Assembly (NCBI GenBank): GCA_963514005.1
Contig: OY740811.1
Location: forward strand, 31,496,001-31,560,000
Direction of reading: 5' to 3'
Length of the DNA: 64,000 bases
Source: Raja brachyura
Lineage: Eukaryota
Shown here: positions 23,747-36,329 of the stretch, one piece after another
How positions within the stretch are numbered: position 1 is the first letter of the stretch
Layout: each line of letters begins with the position of its first letter
Position numbers and translations under genes: made by a program
The notes under the pieces: model-generated
What the model saw: the letters and a program-made list of their open reading frames with translations, nothing else
The model's database searches: none
Told to the model about the DNA's origin: nothing

Positions 23747-25669
23747 TACCACAGGGATATCATATGTTTGGCTACACATCTCAATTGGGATTAAATAGTA
23801 ACATTCTTAATGATGTAAAACCTGAAAACATGAGATGCCAAAAAAAGAGAGGTCTCAGTATGGTACCACATAAGAAACTTCTCTGGAAAAAAGGAAGGTC
23901 TGAAGAAGGACCTCCAGGGATGCTGACTGACCCGCTGAGTTGCTCCAGCTTTTTCTGTAATAAAATTCAACAACAGGGTCTTGTGTATTGTAACCTAATA
24001 GTAAGTAACAAAGGGAGCTACGTTTCTTATGTATGCAGCTGGTCTTTGTGCTCTTTTCAATTTCAGAAGCCAAAACACAATCGGAGTTTCATTTTATCAC
24101 ACCTTTTCTCTTGACAGATAATTTATATGAACTCTGAATTGTAATCTCATTTTTTTGAGTACCATATGTATATACCAAGAGCAAACTCCCCCCCCCCCCC
24201 CCCCCCTCCCCACTATGTTGCAGTAAAAATGTTTGCCGTAGAATAAAGGACATAAGAGAATGTCTATGATAGGGTGGAAGTGATTGAAAGGGGTATGGAT
24301 CCAGGTGAAAGTGGGCAATAAAAGCATTGTAACGTACTAAGACCTCTCTTTTAGAGGGTTGATTCATTACAGTCATCTTGCCCCTCCAATCTGAAACTCA
24401 TAGGTACTTTAAAAAAAGATTTGAGGTACTCATTGCTGTCCCAGGAATCTGGTGTGAATCTCTGCCCTCTCCTGGTGTATCTCCAATAATGAATTCCTCT
24501 GTGACTCAGTATGGAGAGCTTGCCAACGATGTCTGGTTTTGGGTGGACTGTGTGAATGTGGAAGCCACTGTGCTGAGATGTTTGACTTGGACAGCACCTT
24601 GGCTGGCATAATGAATCTGGCCAATAGCTGGGGACTGACAATATTTTCACCACGTGTTCACAGAACGCCCAGGTCGTACCGTTTCCCTCATCACCATCTT
24701 TTAAATATGAGAGGGGAAACTGCTGTCTCTCCCTCTCCTTTGTTTGCCTGCACAGATTCCCCGAGCCGAAAGTGCAGACAGCAGTTTCCATCTCCTCAGG
24801 AGGTGATGACGGAGACTGTATGATCCAGATTGTGTGTCAGCACGTGAAGCAAGTGCTACCAGTTGCTTTCAGTGCTTCTAGGTGCCGGCCAGAATGCTAC
24901 TCCGAGTTCCACATCTCAGTGTTGAGTGGCTGCATGGCTCATCCTGGCCTGCCCAACACCAGCCTCCACAGGCTGCCTGCACACCAATTTGTGATACTAT
25001 TTAATTTGTGCTGGCATCGCAACACAACAGTACACGGCAACAAGGGCGGGCGTTTATGCCAGGATCCTGTACAGCAGTGCAGTATGTATTGCATTTCTCT
25101 CTATATAATTCTGCAATTGCCTTTTACATTGCTGATTCCATTAGCACTGTTGTTCCCAGGAATGCAATCTGTGTTCTATGTGAGTATAAAAGGAGATGCT
25201 GATTTTATACATTAAATTGGCAACAGCAAAGAGAACAGTGGGAAAGTAATTAAGAGTGCCAGAATTCTTAGCTAAAGATGCTGGAATTACTTGCTAGCTG
25301 AACACGTTGTTTAGTCCATTGTGCTTTAATGTACCTTTCTGAAGATAAGTTATTCCTTGAGCTTGAAATGTTCCATGCCGAATTAGTGTAAGGGGATGAA
25401 TACAGAGATCAAAATGGATAAGTAATGTGGGTGATCTAGAAACTCAATGTCTCGTTCTTAGTTTGAACAGAAATGGTTTGTAAAACTGATATCCAATGCG
25501 GCAACAATTATTTTGAAGAATAGATTTGATCTATTTGATGTGGTTTAATGTACACATATAATGTATGAACAGTTAAAATATTTGGGAATTTGAAAGGTTT
25601 ATTGGTTTTGATCCACTAAAATAAAAAAAGGTTCAATACTATGTACTTTGTGGCTAGTTAGTTAACATG

Positions 25670-26193
25670 ACTTCAACTCCCCCTCCCATTCCGTATCCGA
25701 CCTCTCGGTCCTGGGCCTCCTCCACGGCCAGAGTGAGCAACACTGCAAGTTGGAGGAACAGCACCTCATATTCCGCTTGGGGAGTCTGCATCCTCAGGGC
25801 TTAAACATTGAATTTTCTCAATTCTGTTAACCCTGGCTGCCTCCTCCCCTTCCCACCTCTCCCTCAGCCCTCGGGCCCTGGCATTCCTTCTCTCTCTATC
25901 TCTCCCCCACCCAAGTCGCACTAGCTTCTCATTTTCACACTACTAACAGCTTACAATGGCCTGTTTCCTTTATCATCGATACTTTTTTGCATATCTTTCA
26001 TTCATTTTTCTTCATCTCTCCACATCACCGTCTATATTTCTCGTTTCCCTGATCCCTGACCAGTCTGAAGAAGGGTCTCGACCCAAAACGTCGCCTATCT
26101 CTTTCGCTCCTTAGATGCTGCTGCACCCGCTGAGTTTCTCCAGCTTTTTGTATAACCCTCAATTCTCCAGCATCTGCAGTTCCTTCTTTAATA
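25670..26193 (+). mobile_element. Penelope-like element 3' fragment (GIY-YIG C-terminus + pLTR)
   Basis: FNSPSHSVSDLSVLGLLHGQSEQHCKLEEQHLIFRLGSLHPQGLNIEF, then a pyrimidine-rich UTR and the terminal block. Confidence 0.85.
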
Positions 26194-26565
26194 CCATTAA
26201 CATATTACTGCTGGTTAGTTCACACGATTTGTCATGACCTATCCAAAACTGGAAGAGTAAGTTTGATTTTTGGTGTACTATTAATTAGCTATAATTTATT
26301 CATTTCCCATCGCACCTGTGGCAAGTGTGTGCAAATAGTGGCTGAGCAGGATTTGGCTGTGATGCTTTCCTTGTTAAAATAAATAGGCTGACATTCATTT
26401 TTCAAAATATGTAAAGAATGGATCCATTTTGTTGAAATGTTGGAAACAAAGCAGTGTGTGGTTATATCTGAAAATGCATTAATTGTTAGAACATGTTGGG
26501 AGAAGTTCAACAAGTTTAGAAATGAATTTTTATATGCAGTATTCTATTAATGCACATTAATAAAC

Positions 26566-26928
26566 ATATAAAATTCTTAAGGGATTGGACAGGCTCGATA
26601 CAGGAAAAATGTTTCTGATATTGGGGGGAGTCCAGAACCGGGAGTCACAGTTTAAGAATAAGGGGTCGGCCAATTAGGACTGAGATGAGAAAAAACTTTT
26701 TCGCCCAGAGAGTTGTGAATCTGTGGAATTCTCTGCCACAGAAGGCAGTGAAGCACCAATTCACTGGATGTATTCAAGAGAGAGTTAGATATTGCTGTTA
26801 GTGCTAACGGAACCAAGGGATATGGGGAGAAAGCAGGAATGGAGTACTGATTTTGAATGATCATCCATGATCATATTGGCTCGAAGGACCAAATGGTCTA
26901 CTCCTGCACCTATTTTCTATGTTTCTAT
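26566..26928 (+). mobile_element. CR1-clade LINE 3' fragment
   Basis: YKILKGLDRLD...RVVNLWNSLPQKAV; tail ctcctgcacctattttctatgtttctat. Confidence 0.88.
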
Positions 26929-27149
26929 TAGTATTTTCTTGCATTGCTTCAGATTTACTGATTAATCGCATTTATCATGTTTACTGTTTACACTATGAAG
27001 CATGCAAAAACAGGAATTTCATTGGATCCTGGTGTATTTGACAATAATTTAGTGAGTCATTTTCTTGAAGGCATTCCCACTGAAAAGGGCAGCATTCGAT
27101 GTCCATCCCTAATTACTTTTGAAAAGATTTGCTCACATTTGACCAATAT

Positions 27150-27745
27150 TCTTCTAAACCCTTTCTATCCATGTACATGTCCAAGTATCTTTTAAATGTT
27201 GTTATTGTACCTGCCTCAACTATCTCTGCTGGCAACTCATTCATTATACTTGCCACCCTCTGAGTGAAAATGTTGCCCCTCAGATACACATGGAATCTTA
27301 CCTGTGTCTTCTGGTTCTTGATTCCCTTAACCTGAATAAAAAACTCTCTCACACTCTCAATTCCTTTCATGATTTTATACACCTTTATAAGATTACCCAT
27401 GAACCTCTTGCGCTCCAATGAATAAAGTCCTAGCTTGCCCAATCTCTCCCCATAGCTCATGTTCTTGAGTCCTTCCTATTCAATACTCCAACTGCGGCCT
27501 CGTCAACCTCTGAGTATTCAACCATTGAGTATAGAATGTCCCAACTTCTACACTCAATACCCCGACTGATGAAGGCCCATGTGCCAAAAACCTTCTTTCC
27601 TAACCTATCTACTTGTGATGCCACTTTCAGGGAACTGTGTACCTGTACTCCTAGATCCCTCTATTCTACAACATTCCCTAGCACCCTACGGGTCACTATG
27701 AATATCCTGCCCTGGTTTGTTCCAAAAATGTTATGCCTCACTCTT
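27150..27745 (-). mobile_element. CR1-clade LINE fragment (older subfamily)
   Basis: MSYGERLGKLGLYSLERKRFMGNLIKVYKIMKGI...FTQRVASIMNELPAEIVEAGTITTFKRYLD. Confidence 0.85.
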
Positions 27746-28683
27746 ATCTGTGTGGAGGGGGGGGGGGGGGTGCTGAAAACAAAGGGGACCTGGCAAGGAG
27801 GGACACCAAGAACAAAGGGGGGCCATTGGGGACTAATTGGAATACTTTGTAACTTTGTCCACGCCTTATATATGGCCACTCTGCGTACCTTGTGTATGCA
27901 AAACAAAGAATCACACTGAGCCATGTCACATGTGATAATAAAGGATCATTCATTCACTTGTTCAGCTGAACAAGACCCTACTGTAATTTTTGGACAACCT
28001 TCACAATCTATGATACCACCTACTTTAGTATCACCCGCAAACGTACCAATCATAGTATTGATCATTTTGAGTGTTCAAGTTGCGTTCATCCAGACAAATG
28101 GGAGAGTTATTATTTCCCCTGTGTACCTGATAAATATTGCCAAGTCGGGTATTGGCAAGACAGGTGATGTTACCTGGTAGTCGTAGTATACAAGTGTCTT
28201 ATTTAATTCTGCTTCACTAGTGCTTCTCCTCCCCCCTCAAATCCCAAGGATATTCAGTATGTATTGTGGTTGGTGCTTCGGTTCGCTGTTGTTTATGTCC
28301 AATGCTTGATTTATCAAATCAAACCTTGCCCCTGACTATTGTCCAGATCTGATTGTATGCAGCCAGAGAGTACTTAAGTTTCAGACAAGCTGTGACTATT
28401 TATATTTTTCAATCATCTGAAAATATTCTCATTACTAACCTAATGATGGAGATAGGGTCATTTGCAAAGCTATTAAAAAAATGGTTGAGCCTGAGGACAT
28501 TGCTCTGAAATGACGTCATGATGCTGAGATCATGCAATTTTTAAACAAATCCTTCCTTGGGTTTGAGTTAAATATTAATTACATACAGTTATTGAAATTT
28601 CAGCTAATGGAGAGTTTCCTGATTCTCACAACCTTTAATAAGCCAATGTCACCTTCTTCAAAAAATGCTTTGGCATCAAAGGT

Positions 28684-28823
28684 TTTGATCAGTCTGAAGA
28701 AGGGTCTCGACCCGAAACGTTGCCTATTTCCTTCGCTCCATAAATGCTGCCTAACCCGCTGAGTTTCTCCAGCATTTTTGTCTACATTAGATTTTCCAGC
28801 ATCTGCAATTCCTTCTTAAACAC
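28684..28823 (+). mobile_element. Short Penelope-like terminal repeat with 14-bp TSD
   Basis: ttggcatcaaaggt at 28670-28683 and 28824-28837. Confidence 0.85.
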
Positions 28824-29111
28824 TTGGCATCAAAGGTAGTTGTTGTTACCTTGCCCATTGTTATCCATGGTTCAAGAGGATATAATGAAGTTTGAAACCA
28901 AACTGAATATAAATGAGCAGGTTATTGATAAGTACGTGCCAATTGATAGCATCGTCAAAGACACTTTCCATCTGTTTGAGACTAGAATCATGTGGCAGTG
29001 GTTAGTCAAATGGGATTTGACATGTCTTTTGAAGGCATACCTGGGACATTTTCTGTCTTGTTTGAACTGGATCTAGATTTGGACACACAGCCCATAAACA
29101 CTTCAAGGATA

Positions 29112-29311
29112 TAAGAGTCATAGAGTCATACAGCATGGAAACAGGCCCTTCGGCCCAACTTGCCCATACCGGCCAACATGTCCCATCTACACTAATCCCA
29201 CCTGCCTGCATTTGGCCATATCCCTCTAAACCTGTCCTATCCATGTACCTGTCTAAATGTTTCTTATACACTGTGATAGTACCTGCCTCAACTACCTCCT
29301 CTGGCAACTCG
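29112..29311 (-). mobile_element. CR1-clade LINE 3' end
   Basis: NELPEEVVEAGTITVYKKHLDRYMDRTGLEGYG; tail GGGCCGAAGGGCCTGTTTCC + (tatgactc)n. Confidence 0.85.
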
Positions 29312-30479
29312 TTCTGTTGTTTTGAAATATGAGAATTTAAGAAGAAAGTGTTAACAGAACTCACTTGCATCTGTTACCTCAAAATTTAACTTTATTGGAT
29401 ACCTCTGTTCAAATTAACACTTCCATTAGGGTTTAATTAAGGTAGCTTCAAATTTTTATTACATTATCTGTGTTCTTACTGTTCAAGGAACTGCCGTTGC
29501 ATTATACATTCTCTATCATGTGACTATTATAAACCATTGAGGACAATTGGAAACATATTAGTGTCAAATTAATAAGTCAGTGATGACCCATCCAACAGAA
29601 ATAATACTACGTCAAACCCCTTCTATGAAAGTACTTTTGGATTCTTTGCTCCAGTAGTTGTTGTTCTAGTATATTGAGTATCCTCTACTCATAACTGTTA
29701 TTTTCTATGATTTTGTATACATGTGATGAATATATACTGTAGACTTTCAATGACTGTGACATAAGTTGAAAATGGTAGGGATACTTAGGAGGTCAGGTGA
29801 CATTTTTGGAGAGGGAAACAAAGTTAGACTACTTTCCTGGCTTTACTTTACTTCCATGGCACATGAATGAAGGAGCATTATTATTCTTAAACCAACAAAT
29901 TATCGTTTAATTTTCATTTGAATGACATGCTTTGACTATTTCCATATGTATATATACTAATATAGTGCACTAAAACTGATTCTACCCGTCGGGTTTTCTT
30001 TGGCTGTTGGTAGAAACCAAGCTGAGGTTGAAGTCTGAATTTCGAAGTGTGCTTGTAAAAAGTCGCTCAATATAGCAGATGCACATAAATTGGATCAACA
30101 GCTAATGGCCTGAAAGTGGAATTGATGACCATAGTCACGGCAGATTTCTTTAGAGCTGGTAGGGAAAGCACATTTTGACTTTAAGAATAGTCAGAAGATA
30201 AGCTGGTTTGGCAATAGTTTTCCTTGTGTCTATTTATTTGTTAGATAACTGTGCTTATAAATTGGTTTTATTATTTGCATTCTTATTCTAGCATTGAGTA
30301 ATGGAAAATGATTTTATAGCAAAGTCGGCCAACTCTTAGATGTACTTTTCCAGAAATTGAATCATAAAAGCATTGTAAATGCTGTTTAAATATGAATGTG
30401 TTTATTTACTGGGATCTCTATTATTAGTAAGTTAGAATCCAATGAAAAATGACTTTGTAAACTCTGACCAGAAATTCCG

Positions 30480-31165
30480 GGCTGGAGTAACTCAGTGCAT
30501 CAGGTAGCGTCTATGGGGGGAAATTGGCACTAGACGTTTCGGGTCGGAACCCTTCTTCAGACTGATGGAGTAGAGGAGAGAAAGCTGGAAATGGGAGGTA
30601 GGGGTGAAGTAAATCCTGGCAAGTGATACAGGTATTAAGGGGGTATTAAGCAGATGGGTGGAGATGAAAAGAGATACAAGGGTGTCAAGTAAGGAAAGAG
30701 GAGGAGGTGTGAAATGTAAAACTGGAGGGTGGGATATGGTGGAAAGGGACACAGAGAAGGATCGGGGACTCTTGGATGAGAGGGGTGGGAGATATGCACG
30801 AGGTTGAGATGGAATGAAGAGGGTGGTGAAGGTGGAAGGAGAAATATGTGCACATCGGGATTGCCGGCAGACAGAGAAGGCACTGTAAGGGAGTATGACT
30901 TGAAATAGAATTCAAGGTTCATACCGTTAGATTGTATGCTTCCCATGCAGTACTTAAAGTGCTGATCTTCCAGTTTGCATGTAGCCACACTCTGGCAGTG
31001 GAGGAGGCCAAGGACAGAAAGGTCAGTAGGAGAATGAGGATGAGAAGGGGAATTTAAATGGCTGGCAACTGGAAACACCAGCAGGCCTTGATGGACGGAA
31101 CGAAAGTGTTCGACGAAATGGTCGTCTAATCTACAGTTGGTCTTGGCGATTATGGAATGTGTTTG
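30480..31165 (-). mobile_element. Penelope-like element 3' fragment (GIY-YIG + pLTR)
   Basis: IAKTNCRLDDHFVEHFRSVHQGLLVFPVASHLNSPSH...DLSVLGLLHCQSVATCKLEDQH...GMNLEF, followed by the terminal block. Confidence 0.85.
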
Positions 31166-31252
31166 GTAGCTATCATACATTTGTACATTGGAAATTTAGC
31201 TTATTTAATATAGTCTTAGCAAAGAATTAAATCGTTGTAAAATTGAGGTCTT

Positions 31253-31421
31253 GATGTTTTCAAGAGAGAGTTAGATTTAGCTCTTAGGGCTAGAGGAATC
31301 AAGGGATATGGGGAAAAAGCAGGAACGGGGTTCTGATTTTAGATGATCAGCCATGATCATATTGAATGGCGGTGCTGGCTCGAATGGCCTACTCCTGCAC
31401 CTATTTTTCTATGTTTCTATG
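31253..31421 (+). mobile_element. CR1-clade LINE 3' end
   Basis: ttcaagagagagttagat...gaatggcctactcctgcacctatttttctatgtttctatg. Confidence 0.85.
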
Positions 31422-32001
31422 TAAAAATGCAATGCTATGGCAAGCCTAGAGCAAGGAACTTCAATTTTCATGTAGATTGGAATGAGCAGTGTGAATGGAA
31501 TTAAATTATAGACCTACCATGAACTTGAATAGTAAAACAGGCTTTGGGTCCTACATTGCATAAATCTTATTCTTCAATTGCCATGTGAAATTTAGTTTTC
31601 TAAAATGTTCTTTCTAAAGTTTGACGGTCTCTATATCATTCTTTTAGGCTCATATGGCAGCCAAGTTGGACACAACGGGTACTCCCAAACACCAATAACA
31701 GACAATGTTTTGGTGGTGTTAGTTGGAGGATATATAGGGGAGAACAGCTAAATAATTCTATTTTAGAATGGTTGCACCTACCGTAACAGGTAGGTGGGGC
31801 TTCAGTTTAATATCTCATCTGTCAGAAGTCATTTGAAACAAAGCAGTATATTTTCAGTACCTTTACCTAGCAACTAAAATTGCATTTTTTAGAACAAACA
31901 AGTATGAGGATGAAAAGGAAGCAGCATACAGATTTGGTATCTGGAAATATTATTGTAAGAGATATATTTAATGTTTTTATTAGCAGAATTAAAACCCTAA
32001 T

Positions 32002-32464
32002 AGAGAAGGTTCACCAGACTGATTCCTGGGATGTCAGGACTTTCATATGAGGAAAGACTGGATAGACTCGACTTGTACTCGCTAGAATTTAGAAGATTGA
32101 GGGGGGATCTTATAAAAACTTACAAAATTCTTAAGGGGTAGGACAGGCTAGATGCAGGAAGATTGTTCCCGATGTTGGGGAGGTCCAGAAGGGATCACAG
32201 TTTAAGGAGAAGGGGGAATTCCTTTAGGACCGAGATGAGCAAAACATTTTTCACACAGAGAGTGGTGAGTCTCTGGAATTCTCTGCCACAGAAGGTATTT
32301 AAGAGGGAGTTAGATGTGGCCCTTGTGGCTAAAGGGATCAGGGGGTATGGAGAGAAGGCAGGTACAGGATACTGAGTTGAATGATCAGCCATATACATAT
32401 TGAATGGTGGTGCAGGCTCGAAGGGCCGAATGGCCTACTCCTGCACCTATTTTCTATGTTTCTA
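32002..32464 (+). mobile_element. CR1-clade LINE 3' fragment
   Basis: Near-identical to 20400-20890 with a small internal deletion. Confidence 0.9.
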
Positions 32465-34676
32465 ACAACTAATTATTGATTTTGATGTTTAACTCTTATT
32501 TAGTTATTCTCCTAGCCATCTGTATCTTTGTTGGCATTTAATCTTAATGTCAAAAAAGCCGGTAACTGTAGGTGATCGTACTTTGACTGCTTACATCAGT
32601 TGGTTAGTAAACTTGTACTATATCTATGAAATCAAAATAGAGCCATTTAACATATCAGCAGAACAAATCTGATCTTCAGATTGCAAACCAATTGGTTCTT
32701 TATGTTTTGATCCTGGCACTTATCATTTTGTTTTGTTTGCAAAACCTGCTTTGGTGAGGCACATGTTTTACTTGTTTTGATACGAACTGTTTAAAATACA
32801 TACATGTTAACCTCTGTTGCTGTGGGCTCTGGGTGCTTATGAAGGAAACAGATTTCTAACTACAAAGGGAATCAAGAGTTAAGGAGATCAGCCATGTTCT
32901 TATTGAATGGCAGAACTAACTCGAGAGCTGAACTCTTAATTCCATTTGTTATGTTCTAATCCGTTTTTACTTGAGTATTTTATAAGTAGAGAACAACTTC
33001 AGTGAAAACTTGATTGAAAATTATTTTTGAGGCCACAGATATTGCAGGGTGTGAATTAATTAGCTCAGCCTCATGGCCTGTAGGGTGTTCAGCTCAAATG
33101 GCTGAACACATTTTTTTTCAGCTCTTGATTTCAACCGTGCAACTAGACCAAGTGTATTTCGAAGACTTTGTCCCTTTTGGTGAATATCCTTGAATCTATA
33201 TTAGTTTTATTAAGTCACTAAATATGGAGTGCATAAACAAGAACCCACTTTGGTTTTGGATGGAATACAATCAAATGTCTGGAGATTCAGTTAAACATGG
33301 TAAACAAAAGCTCAGGTGGTTGGTTCATTGTCAAACTGTAACGTCACTTGAATTGTGTGGAAAAATAAGGCTGTTTGTTGCCAAGGAACAAAACAGCTTG
33401 AGCATCGTTTTATTTCTATATATGCATTGATATGCAGCGATTGAACTTTTATTAACTATTTTAAATTAAATGATTCTCAAATAGTTATTATTGAGGATAG
33501 ACTTAGTGGCCCACGGACAAAGGAAAGTGATTGATTTTTTTCAAATAAATCCGTCTTGAAGTGCTGTGCTCAGGCAAAATCAACTCAAGAAGGTTGAATT
33601 ATTTTTTTTAGAAACGTATTTATGTAAAAGTGGAATGCTACTAATCGCAGAACAGATTTATAATGTGTGGCTAAGTAACTTCCAAAGATGGCTTATTTTG
33701 GCAAAATGCTCCATGTGGCATGAGTTGAAATCTCAATATAGCAAAACTGCATATTTAGCTCCTCAGCTAGTTTGAACTGGAAATATCCAGTTTGGCTTGG
33801 CTGCTGGCCATGTCACATTGGTAATATGAGCTTCACTTCCTCCTTTGATGGAGTCCTTGTGCGGAGGGGGGAGAGAAGAGAGGGGAGGAGAGGGCGCATG
33901 TGACTGGCAGGAGTCTGCGGTTAGCCTGGGGGAAGAGGGCTTGCGTTCTCAGCAGTGGCTGTGAAGAGCTGTCAGTTAACTTGCAGATGTTGCTGCTGCC
34001 CCAGTACAACAGAGCAGACGCGGAGGAGAGTGCCTGTGCTCTCTGGGAATGAGTGACTTCAGAGATTAAACGCTTTTATGAGGGATTTCTAACAGCCGCG
34101 CATGATGTAATTTTGAAAAACTTTGCTGGTTATTTTGAATTAGTGAATTTCTTCTGAATTTTCTTTAAATTTAACATTATTGGGTGAAAATTAAAATGTT
34201 GTGCTTGTGGCTGTATTTGGTGAAATCAAATGATGTAAAAGGTACGCTTGCATTTCCATGGATACATTCCTGCTTTTTCCCCACTAATTGGATTGTGTTT
34301 TCATTGCCAGCTTATTTTATTCTCCTCCCCATTGATAATTACTTGGGGAAAATAGCAAATGAGTTACCGTTGTGTTATTTTTGGTATTGAGTAGTTTCTT
34401 GGTGTCTTGTGCATTCTTCTAGTAAGTATATCAGGGTCAAGGATGCCTTTCTTCCATTTCTGTTGTGTGTTCAGAGGTAGCAATGCAGCCAATGTTGGCT
34501 ACGCATGCTTTGGCACAGCTTGGGGTGAAGAGGTTCTTAATATTGAGGTGGTGTTCTTCTTCAATCATTTAAGCTCAATTTGTGTGCACTCCCAAAGAAG
34601 GAATTTGGGATTCTGAAGCCATCCGAAATGCTTCTTCTCTATTTGGGATGGTTACGTCTGGGGATGCACGCAGTCA

Positions 34677-35690
34677 ATGTGGCAGGCAGTGACTAGTGGG
34701 GTGCCGCAAGGCTCGGTGCTGGGACCACAGCTATTTACAATATACATCAACGATTTCGATGAAGGGCTTCAAAGTTACTTTAGCAAATTTGCAGATGACA
34801 CAAAGCTGGGTGGCAGTTTGAACTGTGAGGAGGATCCTATGAGAATGCAGAGTGACTTGGACAGGTTGGTTGAGTGGGCAGATGCAGTTAAATGTGGATA
34901 AATGTGAGGTTATCCACTTTGGTAGCAAAAACAGGAAGGCAGAGTATTATCTAAATGGTGTCAAGTTAGGAAAAGGGGAAGTACAACAGGATCTGGGGGG
35001 TCCTTGTTCATCAGTCAATGAAAGTAAGCATGCAGGTACAGCAGGCAGTGAAGAAAGCGAATGGCATGTTGGCATTTATAACAAGAGGAGTTGAGTATAG
35101 GAGCAAAAATGTCCTTCTGCAGTTGTATAGGGCCCTAGTGAGACCACACCTGGAGTATTGTGTGCAGTTTTGGTCCCCTAATTTGAGGATGGACATTCTT
35201 GCTATTGAGCTTGTGCAGCGTAGGTTTACAAGGTTAATTACCGGGATGGCGGGACTGTCATATGCTGAGCGAATGGAGTGGCTGGGCCTTTATACTCTGG
35301 AGTTTAGAAGTAAGAGAGGGGATCTTGAAACATATAAGATTATTAAGGGTTTGGACATGCTAGAGGCAGGAACCATGTTCCCGATGTTGGGGGAGTCCAG
35401 AACCAGGGGCCACAGTATTAGAATAAGGGGTAAGCCATTTAGAACGGAGACGCAGAAACACTTTTTCTCACAGAGAGTTGTGAGTGTGGAATTCTCTGCC
35501 TCAAAGGGCAGTGGAGGCCAGTTCTCTGGATACTTTCAAGAAAGGGCTCGATGGGGCTATTAAAGAGTCAGTGGATATGGGGAGAAGGCGGGAACGGGGT
35601 ACTGATTGGGGATGATCAGCCATGATCACATTAAATGGCGGTGCTGGCTCGAAGGGCCAAATGGCCTACTCCTGCATCTATTGTCTATTG
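34677..35690 (+). mobile_element. CR1-clade LINE, RT core to 3' tail, frameshifted
   Basis: VTSGVPQGSVLGPQLFTIYIND, KFADDTKLGG (RT catalytic motif), KANGMLAFITRGVEYRS, RPHLEYCVQFWSP. Confidence 0.93.
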
Positions 35691-36230
35691 ATTCATTTTA
35701 GTTAGTGGGGGTTGTTACACTTTCTCAAGTAAATAATGGGAACATTATTGAATTGTTTCCTTTGCCAATTTGGTAATCTTGCCAATCTGGGGCCTGGAAT
35801 AGAGAGCTAGTTTCAGGATACAGGCATTAAGCATGCAAATGATGTGGCCTGCCATTCAGAGCTGTCTGAGTGCAATGAGAGAATGTTTGTATGGTTCACT
35901 TATCATGAAAATTTTGCCAGTTCGCATTAGTGTACTTTTCCACTGCTTCGAGGTCCCTGCTGTTCATCATCTGTGCATGGTACACATTCAGAATGAAAAC
36001 AGTTTGGACAAACTGTTGCTTAAGACCCTGAACAATGCCACAGTTTTTACATATTCAGTACCTACAGTTGTAAATCAAAGAAATTCCTGAAATTAAGCAC
36101 AATGTGCTGGAGTGATCAGTAGGGCTGTCAGCAATTGTAAAGAGAGAGAGATAGTAAATATTTTGGTTAGTAACCTTTGATCCAACGTTCCATCCGTACA
36201 GCACAAAATAGAAACAACATTGATCTTATT

Positions 36231-36329
36231 GCGAGGTAGACAAAAATGCTGGAGAACCTCAGCGGGTGAGGCAGCATCTATGGAGCGAAGGAAATAGGCA
36301 ATGTTTCAGGTCAAAACCCTTCTTCAGAC
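36231..36329 (-). mobile_element. Short Penelope-like terminal repeat
   Basis: aggtagacaaaaatgctggagaacctcagcggg...aacccttcttcagac; a short plus-oriented piece follows. Confidence 0.75.

Noticed and set aside
34677-35563. Reverse transcriptase ORFs as a possible intact or domesticated gene
   Set aside because: 5'-truncated, split across frames and ending in an ordinary CR1 tail.
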